A stretch of DNA of 64,000 bases, taken from contig JBLDXI010000031.1 of assembly GCA_047495785.1 (NCBI GenBank), forward strand, positions 868,001 to 932,000, read 5' to 3'. Below, piece by piece: positions 13,099-24,978 of the stretch. Below the pieces are notes generated by a model. That model was not told the DNA's origin. It saw only the letters and a program-made list of their open reading frames with translations, and ran no database searches. Made by a program: the position numbers and the translations under genes. Numbering within the stretch: the stretch's first letter is position 1; the number at the start of each line of letters is the position of its first letter. This DNA comes from Lepidodermella squamata. Lineage: Eukaryota; Animalia; Gastrotricha.

Positions 13099-14019
13099 CG
13101 ATACTACCGTGAGCCGGTTTCCGGCCCGGCTTGGCCTTTTCATTCAAATTTAGTCGAACCGGGAAAACCTGGAACATGAACCGGGATGCGGCTGTAACCA
13201 GTGACTCTCCCCACTATGTGGGGATTTCGCTTAACAACGCGCGCGATAAATCCGGGTAGAAACCCGAGATGCCGTCGACCATTCCCTCGGCGAGGTCCGG
13301 TTTTTCAAAAATTCAAATTATATCGGACCTCGACGAGAGATTAGCTGACTTGCATTTTTTCGACTTGTGAGTTTTATTTGTGATGATTTAGGTGAGAGCC
13401 CATGCACGTTGGCACGAATTTGATGCTTTCAGAACTTGGGCGACTCAATTTTCCTCAGTCTAGGCTTTCTGAATGTAATTTTAGCAAACAATCGCTTTCT
13501 TAGATGCTCATCTCTTCTCTTTCGAAAATTCTCAGCCATCAATGGGGCAACTCTACCTGAATTCAACCTCATTTCAACTTTCAACTAATCATTTTGTGCC
13601 TAATTTGTCTTGTTTTGCTTGTTTTAGTCTGCGATGATGGCTGCGAGAGGGCCTACACGCCTTTCTAGTTGAGAAAAGTTCTCCGCAAATCGTTTTTATT
13701 CAATACTTATTGTCTAAATTATTTGTATTTTATAAGAGGTATTCATAATTTTGCTTTAATTGAACCGAATAGCTCTCCCACCCGCGCATCAAACCTAAGC
13801 AGTTTTTCTCTTCAAAGCTTTTTTCTTGTTTCCACTTGTTTTACGTAGCTCTGCGTTACTCTCCGTCTAACTAAAGACTTGCACTTGTTGACCGCGGCTT
13901 ATTGGTGTATAAGTTCCAAGTTGAAAATGATAAAAAGATGAAAAGGATGAAAGGATACGAAAATCGGGGTGAAAACCGGAATGGTGGAACCAAAACCGGG
14001 TCTGGCCAAAGCCGGGGCA

Positions 14020-14149
14020 AACCCGTGTCATTTTTCGCATGAGACCCGTTACGTATGGCGATACGCCACAGCCGGGTCGAAAGCCGGGCGTCCCGGTTCA
14101 GATAGTCTCACCTTACATAACGGGTCTCGTGCGAAAAATGACACGGGTT
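14020..14149. repeat. Inverted repeat with about 36-bp arms (14020-14055 / 14114-14149), probable MITE remnant
   Basis: aacccgtgtcatttttcgcatgagacccgttacgta versus the reverse complement of the second arm, 2 mismatches. Confidence 0.7.
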
Positions 14150-15192
14150 ACGGACTATTAGGTTTTTAATATAGGCGAAAACCGTGTCAGGTCTTAGCGG
14201 TTCCTTTCCTCAAATTATTTTAAGTTATTTTGCTGCTTTGAGAATAAAAATATACGGCAATGGGTCACGGCCATACTCGATTTTGCAACCCGTAAAATCT
14301 TCAATCGAAGAATTCATGAAGATCGTGAGTAAGCTTTGAGGAAATTCAGTGTAGGATGCGCGAAAAAGCTGAATTTCTCTTCAAGAGTCCAAGAATAGCT
14401 GAGAACTCAAGATCGCAGCTAATGGCAATTTTATAGCCCTTAAATAGTAGATGGAATAGAATAGAATAGAATAGAAGATTGAATTGAAGAAGATTGTTCC
14501 TTAGCTATTATTTGGCTAGTATTTGGCAACCTAGGTATCTCAACTGATGAATGAAGTAGAAGGATTTTACCGCCAGCATGTCTACTGTCAAAATAACGAG
14601 AAATTCGGGAGAGTGTAACGGTAAGAAATGGGGAAAAGTATGTTGGCTGCCTTCGAAGCTAAAGGAAGAGCATCTGTGAAATGTTCACCTTGCCAATCCG
14701 ACATGTTGCTTCCGTATTGCAGGATCTGCGTGGTCACGTGGCATGAATAGCAAGTACTGAGGCGGTGTTTTCTTCGTTTTGTTTCGTCGTTTCGTCATTT
14801 CGTCATCTCACACAAAACTGACGGAAGATAAACAATTGGTAAAAGGCGTATTTGAAATTCGAACCCGGTAACTTTAGGATTATAGTTGGGGCCAGTGTGC
14901 AATAGTAGCCTTCCTATCCGATGCTGTCTGAAAGCGGAAAGCGCTTATGTTTAGCGTTCGTTTGGGATATAGAATCGTTTGGGACCGAAAAGGTGGACTC
15001 AATTAAATAAGTGGCACTCGTCCAAATTTAATAAATTCTTATCGGTGCAGTAGAACTCAGTTTTGCGCATGCCTGCTTGTGAAATCACATGTTGTTAATG
15101 AAAGTAACGTTGGTTGGTTGTGGAATAATGATTATTGACGATTGAAATTTATTATGCGTCCCCTGCCCTTTTGGCAGCCGGGTTCAAAAATC

Positions 15193-15292
15193 TGCTCCAG
15201 GCGAGGCTCGAACTCGCGACCTTCGCATAACTCAGCGTACAATCAAGTACTGCTTATAAGTACGACGCACTAACCAACTATGCAACTGGAGC
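15193..15292 (-). tRNA. tRNA-Ile(TAT) with 26-nt intron, copy 1
   Basis: GCTCCAG/CTGGAGC acceptor stem, TCGTA-CTTATA anticodon arm, intron after position 37, GTTCGAGC T-loop, downstream T-run terminator. Confidence 0.95.
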
Positions 15293-15998
15293 GAATGAAA
15301 TCTAGTACACCTATATTTAACCCTGATTGTAACTCCGGGTCAGTGCCGTCAATTAGGATTATTTCCAGATTACATGACAAGTTCCAGCTGCTGAGGCTTA
15401 TACCGTAGTGACCTGTAGAGACTTAATCTCTAGATAGAACCATTGACGTTGCATTTTTATACAATTTTATATAGGTTTATTACACTTTGATAGATATAAA
15501 TGACACTTTGATGGCTATATAAATTACACTTAAAAGGATGAATCCTATTATGATATGATGTTGTTTTTTTTGTCGATGTTTTTTTGCCCTCGCTGCGCTG
15601 CTCTTCGAGAAAATACGCTATAGGCGATTATAGGCGATTGAGATCACCGCTAACCTCTTTGCTTCTATGCAAGGCAATTTGAGCTCCTTCATGGATTAGG
15701 GCTAATCGGTGGATGTTCTTCGTCAGATAAGACCTTCGTCGGATGAAAGAAGGAATAATTGATGGAGAAGGTCACGCCCTATTACTTGAATAGAATAATA
15801 TCGATTCTAGGCAATTTATTCGGTATGTAACCCTAATTCAGCTTTCATGTTGACTGTTGATTCGCTCAATGCAATTTCGGATATTTTGCATGGCTCAAAA
15901 GACTTCATTACCCAAGGCATTATTTTTATTGCATAACACACGGAAAAACATGCTCGTTGCAAAACAGACGGTTATCCGCAAATGAAACTCATGTAGCC

Positions 15999-18900
15999 TC
16001 ATTTATCAATTGGTAGCTCATTCAAGATTTTGCGAATCTCGTCTTTACGCTCGATAGATATCCAAGAATGCTCGCTGACAACATCATACGGTTTTTTTCC
16101 AAATTTATCTTTAACAGTTACCAAAGCGCTACATCTGTCTACCAGCAACTGCACGACAGAAGCGTGGCCATTCAATGCAGCCAAATGCAAAGGCGTTCGG
16201 CCTGTTCCATCAACAGCTTTCCCATCCGCTCCGTATTTGTCGATCAGCAACTGCACGAAAGAAGCGTGGCCATTCAATGCAGCCAAATGCAAAGGCGTAA
16301 GGCCGCCTTTATCAGCCGCTTTCGCATCCGCTCCGTATTTGTCGATCAGCAACTGCACGACTGGAGCGTCGCCATTCGATGCAGCCCAATGCAAAGGCGT
16401 TCGGCCTGTTCCATCAACAGCTTTCCCATCCGCTCCGTATTTGTCGATCAGCAACTGCACGACAGAAGCGTGGCCATACCATGCAGCCCAATGCAAAGGC
16501 GTAAGGCCGCCTTTATCAGCCGCTTTCGCATCCGCTCCGTATTTGTCGATCAGCAACTGCACGACAGAAGCGTGGCCATTCAATGCAGCCAAATGCAAAG
16601 GCGTAAGGCCGCCTTTATCAGCCGCTTTCGCATCCGCTCCGTATTTGTCGATCAGCAACTGCACGACAGAAGCGTGACCATTTTCTGCAGCCCAATGCAA
16701 AGGCGTAAGGCCGCCTTTATCAGCCGCTTTCGCATCCGCTCCGTATTTGTCGATCAGCAACTGCACGACTGGAGCGTGGCCATTCCATGCAGCCAAATGC
16801 AAAGGCGTTCGGCCTGTTCCATCAACAGCTTTCCCATCCGCTCCGTATTTGTCGATCAGCAACTGCACGACAGAAGCGTGGCCATTCAATGCAGCCAAAT
16901 CCAAAGGCGTAGGGCCGCCTTTATCAGCCGCTTTCGCATCCGCTCCGTATTTGTCGATCAGCAACTGCACGACTGGAGCGTGGCCATTCCATGCAGCCAA
17001 ATGCAAAGGCGTTCGGCCTGTTCCATCAACAGCTTTCCCATCCGCTCCGTATTTGTCGATCAGCAACTGCACGACAGAAGCGTGGCCATTCGATGCAGCC
17101 CAATGCAAAGGCGTTCGGCCTGTTCCATCAACAGCTTTCCCATCCGCTCCGTATTTGTCGATCAGCAACTGCACGACAGAAGCGTGGCCATTCAATGCAG
17201 CCAAATGCAAAGGCGTAAGGCCGCCTTTATCAGCCGCTTTCGCATCCGCTCCGTATTTGTCGATCAGCAACTGCACGACAGAAGCGTGGCCATTCAATGC
17301 AGCCAAATGCAAAGGCGTTCGGCCTGTTCCATCAACAGCTTTCCCATCCGCTCCGTATTTGTCGATCAGCAACTGCACGACAGAAGCGTGGCCATACCAT
17401 GCAGCCCAATGCAAAGGCGTAAGGCCGCCTTTATCAGCCGCTTTCGCATCCGCTCCGTATTTGTCGATCAGCAACTGCACGACTGGAGCGTGGCCATTCG
17501 ATGCAGCCCAATGCAAAGGCGTAAGGCCGCCTTTATCAGCCGCTTTCGCATCCGCTCCGTATTTGTCGATCAGCAACTGCACGACTGGAGCGTGGCCATT
17601 CGATGCAGCCCAATGCAAAGGCGTTCGGCCTGTTCCATCAACAGCTTTCCCATCCGCTCCGTATTTGTCGATCAGCAACTGCACGACAGAAGCGTGGCCA
17701 TTCAATGCAGCCAAATGCAAAGGCGTAAGGCCGCCTTTATCAGCCGCTTTCGCATCCGCTCCGTATTTGTCGATCAGCAACTGCACGACTGGAGCGTGGC
17801 CATTCGATGCAGCCCAATGCAAAGGCGTTCGGCCTGTTCCATCAACAGCTTTCCCATCCGCTCCGTATTTGTCGATCAGCAACTGCACGACAGAAGCGTG
17901 GCCATTCAATGCAGCCAAATGCAAAGGCGTAAGGCCGCCTTTATCAGCCGCTTTCGCATCCGCTCCGTATTTGTCGATCAGCAACTTCACGACTGGAGCG
18001 TGGCCATTCGATGCAGCCCAATGCAAAGGCGTTCGGCCTGTTCCATCAACAGCTTTCCCATCCGCTCCGTATTTGTCGATCAGCAACTGCACGACAGAAG
18101 CGTGGCCATTCAATGCAGCCAAATGCAAAGGCGTAAGGCCGCCTTTATCAGCCGCTTTCGCATCCGCTCCGTATTTGTCGATCAGCAACTGCACGACTGG
18201 AGCGTGGCCATTCGATGCAGCCCAATGCAAAGGCGTTCGAACGGTCTTTTCTGCAGCTACTGTGATAAGTCTTTCAGCTGTTGGTCTGTTCCGAGGTTGG
18301 TCATTGGGGTCACTCATCATAGAGATAACTACATCACTTGTCTTCTTCGAATATCCGTTTAGGTCTGGCAACTGCCTGCAATTGGAGTTTTGACGTTCTC
18401 TGAAGCAGAAACCGCATAGCATTACTTACCGTGACTTTTTAAGCGTGTTGTGATGCTCAAGTGGGTTGGTTACGGCGTTCTCACCGTTGAACTGTCTCAA
18501 GAAACATTTAATCATGAAGCAAGAAATGTTCATAATTTATTCTCACCGGTTTACGGCCACTAGCTGCTTCGTATAGAGTCACTCCAAGTGACCAAATATC
18601 GCAAGGCTTCGTGTATTCCAAGCGAATGAAAACAGCAGGCGATGCGTATTCGTAAGTTTTCAAGACCGCAGAAACATATTGTCGCTTAATACTTGAAATT
18701 ACTGGTTAACAACATCAGTTAGATTATCGGAGATGAACATACGCAATCAAGTTTTTGGTAAATCCAAATCCGCCAAGTTTAAGAAGCTTCCTATCCTCAC
18801 TCAAGTAGATGTTTTTCGGCGTAATGTCTCGATGAATGATATCCTTGTCATGGAGGAGCTTGACCGCAAACAAAAGCTGAAATATCCAGTCGACGAACTG

Positions 18901-19389
18901 ATCTTCGGGAATTCTCCGGGTTGCACGTATATAGTCGTTCAATGTGCCATGAGGGCAATATTCCATGACCAAGTAATACATCTCACAACCTGCCTTATTC
19001 GAATCAGTTCCCTGGTATTCCTCTGTAAGTGAATAGTGACTGATTTCACACCGAATTTCGTTGAATCGGCTCACCTCTAAACGCGCCGAAAACTTCCACA
19101 AGGAATAGATCATGAATAGTCTCTAGTTTAGCGTGCTGCGATACAGGATCGGAATTCAAAACAAAATTCTGAAACACATTAAAGTAACCTCTTCCAAGCT
19201 GCTTTTAACGATGGTATCAACATATTTCTCGCCAAAGCGTTCTTCCTGTCGCATAGCGGTTATATTCAGTTCTTTGACAGCAAATTCTTCATCGCCGCAT
19301 CGAGCGAGAAATACTTCGCCGAATTCTCCAGCAGGCCCAAGGCTTCTGACAAAGGTAAATTCGCTGGATGAAGTAAATTTAGCGGGCAT
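15999..19389 (-). CDS. Ser/Thr-type (NEK-like) pseudokinase fused to 21 ankyrin repeats; kinase domain split over several short-intron exons
   Basis: Spliced kinase: LGPAGEFGEV, FAVK, YLVMEYC, HRDITPKN, KLGGFG, YASPA, DIWSLG, RPTA; final long exon carries TPLH..A..GH repeats. Confidence 0.9.
16098..18239 (-). repeat. Coding tandem array of 21 x 102-bp ankyrin repeat units
   Basis: Near-identical 102-bp DNA units, each encoding 34 aa. Confidence 0.95.
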
Positions 19390-19810
19390 TTTCTTCCTAA
19401 TACAGTATCCTTTTACAGCAACAAAAACTATTAATTCTAAAAAGCTGACAAATAACTCCCAGTATGGCAGTAGAACCGAATAGCTTTTGAGATAAGGATA
19501 AACTGAAATGAATTATCATAGAGTCGTTAAAGCTTCGATAATAAGCGACAGTTAAGTATGTACTATACCGAGAGAAGGCCGATGATGAGAGATAATACTA
19601 TTTGTACACATTATCAACACCTATGCATTAAATCAGTGGTTCCCAAACTGTTTGTCTCGTATGACACAGCAGTGTCCTATGGGAATGGCTCGTAGGACAC
19701 CTTGCTAAAATGAATGAAAGTTGGTTGGGAATGGGTACAATTTTTTGAGCTACAGATTGATTGCTGTTCAAATTGGTTTTTGATGGCAACCTAGCTCAAA
19801 CTATATAAAA

Positions 19811-20219
19811 GGGTCAAGCTATTCGTACATAACTATGTACGCGAAAATTGCTATTCGTACATAGTTTTTCGCAATATTTCAGCGAGGTGTGGAAATTCGA
19901 AATAGCATCATGATATTTTACAGGTAAACGCATCAAAGTGAGAGCTATTTAGTGGCTAAATTTCCTTGGATCATCACCCAACGTGTTCAAGTAAGCGTCC
20001 CAAAACTGAAATAAGATTATACAGCTTTCCGACTCTACCAAAGGGGTTCATGCATGAGCTTTTGAGGGATAATAGGCCTGATATTCAGCTATATGCACGC
20101 AAAAAATAGACTGATCGAATGCGAATCGAGAAAGCTATTGATTTTAGAAATTTCATTTTGAAACTATGGTGTACGAATTTCAATTTTCGCGTACATACTA
20201 TGTACGAATAGACATTCCG
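19811..20219. mobile_element. Nested MITE with inverted subterminal repeats
   Basis: ctattcgtacata..tatgtacgcgaaaattg in inverted orientation at both ends; near-duplicate 9-bp flanks tatataaaa/tagataaaa. Confidence 0.6.
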
Positions 20220-20559
20220 TAGATAAAATTCCACGTGAAATTTAAACTAAACTAAACTAAACACGAGCGAAGCGAGGAAATGTTTAGAATTCGACACTGA
20301 AAAACGACGTATACACTCTTAAAATGAGGTAATTCCTCGGGGTTTTCCCAGAAATTCATTCTGGAGTTTTCGTTCTTATTTATGAAATTACAATCTGTAG
20401 CTGGCGGTTTTATCTCGATTTTGAGTCTTAAAATGTTTCAAAAAAGCCTCGTTTCGTAGTGTGGATCTATTCTTGTCCTTTTGTCATTTTGAGGCCCATA
20501 GGACACCAGTGTCCTACAGGACACTTGAAAGTTGGCATAGTACACGAGGTCCTATAGGA

Positions 20560-20950
20560 CAGCGGTTCGCACCTGTGCTCATTGGCGCATTTCGAAAAAT
20601 CGATTTCGCAAGCATGCGCATTGGCGCACGCGAGCCATTTGAGCCAACTCACTCTGACCAGCCATTCCTCCACTTTGATAGACGTTTCATAGATTAAGGG
20701 ACACCGGTTTTTCTGTCATTTTTAGACCATTTTCGGCATTTTTCAGAAAGCAAATAGCAAAAAGTTTGGCTCGCTTCGCTCGCCTGTTTTCAATCGTTTC
20801 ACTTCATGAAGCCGGGTGTTTCCTGCCTGTCAGATTTTCTAGCGATAGGCTTACATTGGGGGTTGTAGAGTAAACGCAAGAGTGGCGCACGCAGGTCCTG
20901 TCACATGCGCCACTCTTGTGCACCTGGGGAAAGGTATTTGCGAACCACTG
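20560..20950. mobile_element. Second hAT MITE nested in the first
   Basis: TIRs CAGCGGTTCGCA / TGCGAACCACTG; 8-bp TSD CTATAGGA. Confidence 0.85.
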
Positions 20951-21089
20951 CTATAGGACACGGTTTGGGAAACGCTGCATTAAATGCATGATTCACAAGG
21001 CTTTACACTTTACACCCATTGGGGACTGAAACCTGAAATCTGAATTATCTTCCGTAATCTTCCTATCCCGTATTACAAGTTTCTTTGAG

Positions 21090-21640
21090 TAAATGTTGTT
21101 TATGAAACGTCACGCATTTATTCGAATTCCAACGTTTCGGTTATACTCGATAACCATCTTCAGGGAGTAGTTAAGAAATTAAATCGAAATTTGAAGTTAA
21201 AATAATAATTAAGGTTGATGTTTTTAGAACATATTGAAATTATGATCCGATTAGCTGTTCATCTTCTTCTTGCACTGCTCATGGAATATCGGCTCCGTAA
21301 ATAACTTAGCTTTGATCGAGTCGTTTTGTTTGTTGAGATTAGGCTTAAGCTTACGAATGTAGAGCATTTCGAGAATAAGGCAATCCCATTTAGACCGATG
21401 GAACTGGTAGGGATGATCCCTACCATCCCTAGCGGTACTACTACGCTCTGTGTCACATGTTGTTTATTTTATTCGTACAAAGTACAAAATTCTATTTGTT
21501 CACTATCCCTGGCCTACGAATTTCGCCTACGAATTTCCGACTAGGAACTGTCGTAGTGATCCCTGTCGTGCTGATCCGTATCTTCAAAGATGAGCTTATA
21601 CTTTTGAGTTTATTATCACAATTTTTGCAGTTATCAAAAC
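21090..21640 (-). mobile_element. 3' remnant of a Penelope-like retroelement (boundaries approximate)
   Basis: Minus-strand frame DCLILEMLYIRKLKPNLNKQNDSIKAKLF is typical of the PLE GIY-YIG endonuclease C-terminus; followed by a hammerhead motif and AATAAA. Confidence 0.75.
21126..21168 (-). ncRNA. Minimal type I hammerhead ribozyme in the Penelope pLTR
   Basis: tcc-CTGAAGA-t-GGTTAT(cgagt)ATAACC-GAAAC-GTT-gga: conserved core, stem II, palindromic ACGT stem III and short stem I. Confidence 0.7.
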
Positions 21641-22548
21641 ATAGCATACTCAAAAAGATGAATGTGGTGAGACGTGAGACTTGTGCTTCGGATTCTCATC
21701 GCTGAAATACTGATTACAGTAAGCAGTGGAGTCGCGACTAAGACTAAGGAATTGGTCGTTCTCTCTCTGCATCCTTTCACTGGATTCGACCCTCTGACAT
21801 TCCAATACTGCCCCTCCGTCCAGCAGATGGTCGTTGAAGATGTGAATAGACGCAGAGCGATATCTTACCAAAGTACAAAGTGAACTTCGACTACCGAAAC
21901 GAAGGTATCGATGGAATGTTGGCTGTTAGAAGTACCTTTGAATTTATTCGACAGCCACTGGATTCGAGAAGGGTTCTATCACCGATTACAACCGGCCCAC
22001 TTCAAAGCGTTGGATGCAAAGCTTCTGGTACCATCTTGCACCATCTGGACCTTATTAGGATCGGATCATCCTGTAACGCTCCTGACCTTATCCAAACTTG
22101 AATCGAATTCGCGGTCCAGCCCAATCCTACATGACTAGCGGCATAGCGTTCTTAAAGCAAAGGCTAGCCACGTGAAGAGAATGGCTATTATCTAATATCA
22201 TGCATTTAACATTTAACGACGAATTCTTACAATATTGAAACAGGTAGTTTTTTATTCAAAGTCGCCAATTACCACGGCTACGATATAACAGCTTTCGGGG
22301 CGAGTCCGGATTTCAATGATAACTTCATCCTCCATTTGAAACGACTTGATATCCGAACATTCAACTTGGAGTCCAATGAAGGGTGGATGGCTCTTGGTTT
22401 CCTGTGCAAGGTTTGCTAACACAGAATAAGAGGACTGAAGTATCGATTCCTTCTCCCAAGTAGCTTGTAGCTTTACACCTGTAAGTTTTTTTTTTACTTT
22501 GAGACGTTTTTATTCGTTATTGCAAGTGCACTTTTCATGCGTATGCAA

Positions 22549-22761
22549 TTAGCCAGCCAGGCGCCTCACTGAGAATAGAAGATATTTGTCTAAATTACAG
22601 TCAACATTAAGATATTGTTTAAAAACATTTAAAGAGGCAGAAACGACGTCAGCAGGTAGTTTGTTCCAATAATTAATTGTTCTTCTGCTAAAAAAATATG
22701 TCTTGCAATCGCGTTTACATTTGGAAGGTCTTAGTGTTGAAAGCTTCAGAAAAATGGGCAC
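22549..22761 (-). mobile_element. 3' end of a CR1/L2-type LINE ORF2
   Basis: YFFSRRTINYWNKLPADVVSASLNVFK, the classic ORF2 C-terminal motif. Confidence 0.75.
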
Positions 22762-24260
22762 ATCTCTGTACCATATATAATATATACCATATAATTATTA
22801 CTTATCCCCTATATTGTTAAACTGGTCGGCATGTTCCATTCACAGATTTGCCTTACTTTAAGCCACTTTCTCTTGTGGCTGTGTGGCCATTCGACGAGGT
22901 CAGTGGGCTGTTCGATATGGGGCGACTGCGGCTCCGTGACAGCACCAATCCGTCCAAAAATGTCATTTTCGTAAATGGGCCACTCGGGGCTAGAAAGGCT
23001 GCGGTCAAGTTGACTAAGGATCTAGTAAAAATCGAACCAATCAGCCTGTCGATCACCGAAGGATACACAATAGCCTTCTATTTTTTCCGGTCTTCGATAG
23101 CGGGAGCTAGAGACATTATGGAATTTCCGCAGTGGTCGTTGCGAATATGGATTGACAACAAGGGCATGCTGCATATTAAAAATTATGATAATAATTACTC
23201 GCTCCGATCAACTGCGTTACCGATAGATTCATGGACTTATCTCGGCATTGTCAACAGACCGGATTATCTGACTGTCTTGAACGCTCACGGGCGGATATAT
23301 TATATCGCCACCGAAGCGAAGTTTACTTCAACAAGCCTGTTTGACGTGCGAATGAGTGGGAATGGCGAAGATGCTATCGCTTGTTTATCAATTTACCCAT
23401 TTCCCATGTATATCGACTATATTCACGATGGCTGCAGGCTAAAGATTAGTCCACAAATGTTAGCTGGCCAACCTTTGCATGGCGGAGATAGTAAATATCC
23501 TTTCTTCGAACCGCTCATTTCAGCCTCCTACGAGTGTATGGCCTCGATTTTGGATATACACAACGCCATTTTGCCTGAATCCTGCGCAAAAGATTCTCTA
23601 ATTTCATCAAAATACGACCTGATCAGCTCTCGAGATGGATTTGCCATTCTCAGGCGCATTGACAACCTTGAGATAAGCCCGTTGGCCTTTAACAACATAG
23701 GTCTTTTCTCGGAATCCTAACATTCAGTTAATCTGTGGTGGAGCCTTGTTTACGTCGTTGGATATCGAGCGAAACAGAGAGGCTGCTATGGCAAGGCGCA
23801 ATGTGGTGCTGAATTCTACACCGTTGCTGGTTACATTTCTACTTCATTCCTCGAATGCGAATCAGACATGCACTTGTGTTTTGTACCAAATGAAAGCGCC
23901 AGCTTCAATTCCTGCGACTTGGTCGCGGGGGCAACGCTTCTATTTCGTTCCGTTGATCAGATGATTCTAGTATGTTTTTAACATTGTGATGTTTTAATGT
24001 TTAAATGTGATATCCAAAGGCCGGTATCTACGTAGGCGACGGAAATTGCGCCACATCAAACTACACCCGATTTATCAACCTTATTATCCGTGCTGGCTTG
24101 GATGTTAAAGAGTTTTCGGCTTGCAGCACATTTTACCTGTTACATTACGGATGCCCTTACATTTTTCGTCAAATCGATTTTACAACAAATAATGTAACGC
24201 TGACCGAAACTAGCTCAAAGGTGACAGTTTGGTCACCGTCTACAACTCAAGCATTGATAA

Positions 24261-24599
24261 CATTGTGTTTCAAGTAGTAAGTAGCCCTTCGACCCGCGCG
24301 CTGATTGGTCAATTTATTGTTGCTATGACTCCGGGATGAAACAATTTAGTCGTGCAATCCACTATTAAATTATTTTATATTTATGCAAAAAATGACCTTG
24401 CCACACCCTCTGCACGGTTTCCATTGACCACGAGCGTAAACTCCATATTAATCGTGGAAAAATACTGCGGCAAAAAACACTTGTTGCAAAAAATCTTATG
24501 GATCGCACGACCATAATGTTTCATCCGGGAGTCATAGAAACGATCAATCGACCAATCAGCGTGCGCCCAGAAATTCTACTATTTAGCTCAAGCACAATG
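24261..24599. mobile_element. Palindromic MITE inserted in the stalk exon of RTK copy 2
   Basis: CATTGTG...CACAATG ends, long imperfect inverted arms, TAA duplicated; removal restores STTQALITAAMGTTPSPS. Confidence 0.75.
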
Positions 24600-24669
24600 T
24601 AACAGCTGCAATGGGAACAACGCCATCGCCTTCAGAGAGTAATATCGCCATTTTCCCTTCACTTCTGTA

Positions 24670-24978
24670 GGTCCACAGACATTTGAGTCCTTGACAACTC
24701 AGCCACGACAACTCAGGCTTTTAAATATTTATTTTAATTACCGACATCTCAGGCTGCGACAACTCAGCCTTTTCCTAATTCTAATAATATCGCGACAACT
24801 CAGCCCACGACAGCTCAGCCTTTAAACTACTTAGTCCGGCTCACATGCTCGCTCCGCTCGCATGGTAATATGGCTAGGTATTTTTACAATTGAATAAAGG
24901 CTGAGTTGTCGTGGGCTGAAAAGTCATGCCTGAGTTGTCGTTTTGTCTGAATTGTCGAGACTCAGTTGACGGAATACG
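24670..24978. mobile_element. MITE with inverted arrays of gacaactcag repeats (intronic)
   Basis: 8-bp direct flanks CTTCTGTA; gacaactcag on the left, ctgagttgtc on the right. Confidence 0.7.

Larger units (their letters stand above)
19634..20977. mobile_element. Non-autonomous hAT (Charlie-like) element with nested insertions
   Basis: TIRs CAGTGGTTCCCAAAC / GTTTGGGAAACGCTG; 8-bp TSD CATTAAAT on both sides. Confidence 0.9.

Noticed and set aside
16098-18239. CRISPR-like or DGR-like array
   Set aside because: Units are contiguous in-frame coding repeats with no unique spacers, no cas or RT gene and no adenine-specific variation
16030-18393. Long plus-strand ORFs (764, 548 and 215 aa)
   Set aside because: Antisense shadows of the ankyrin tandem repeat; a stop-free 102-bp unit stays open in several frames
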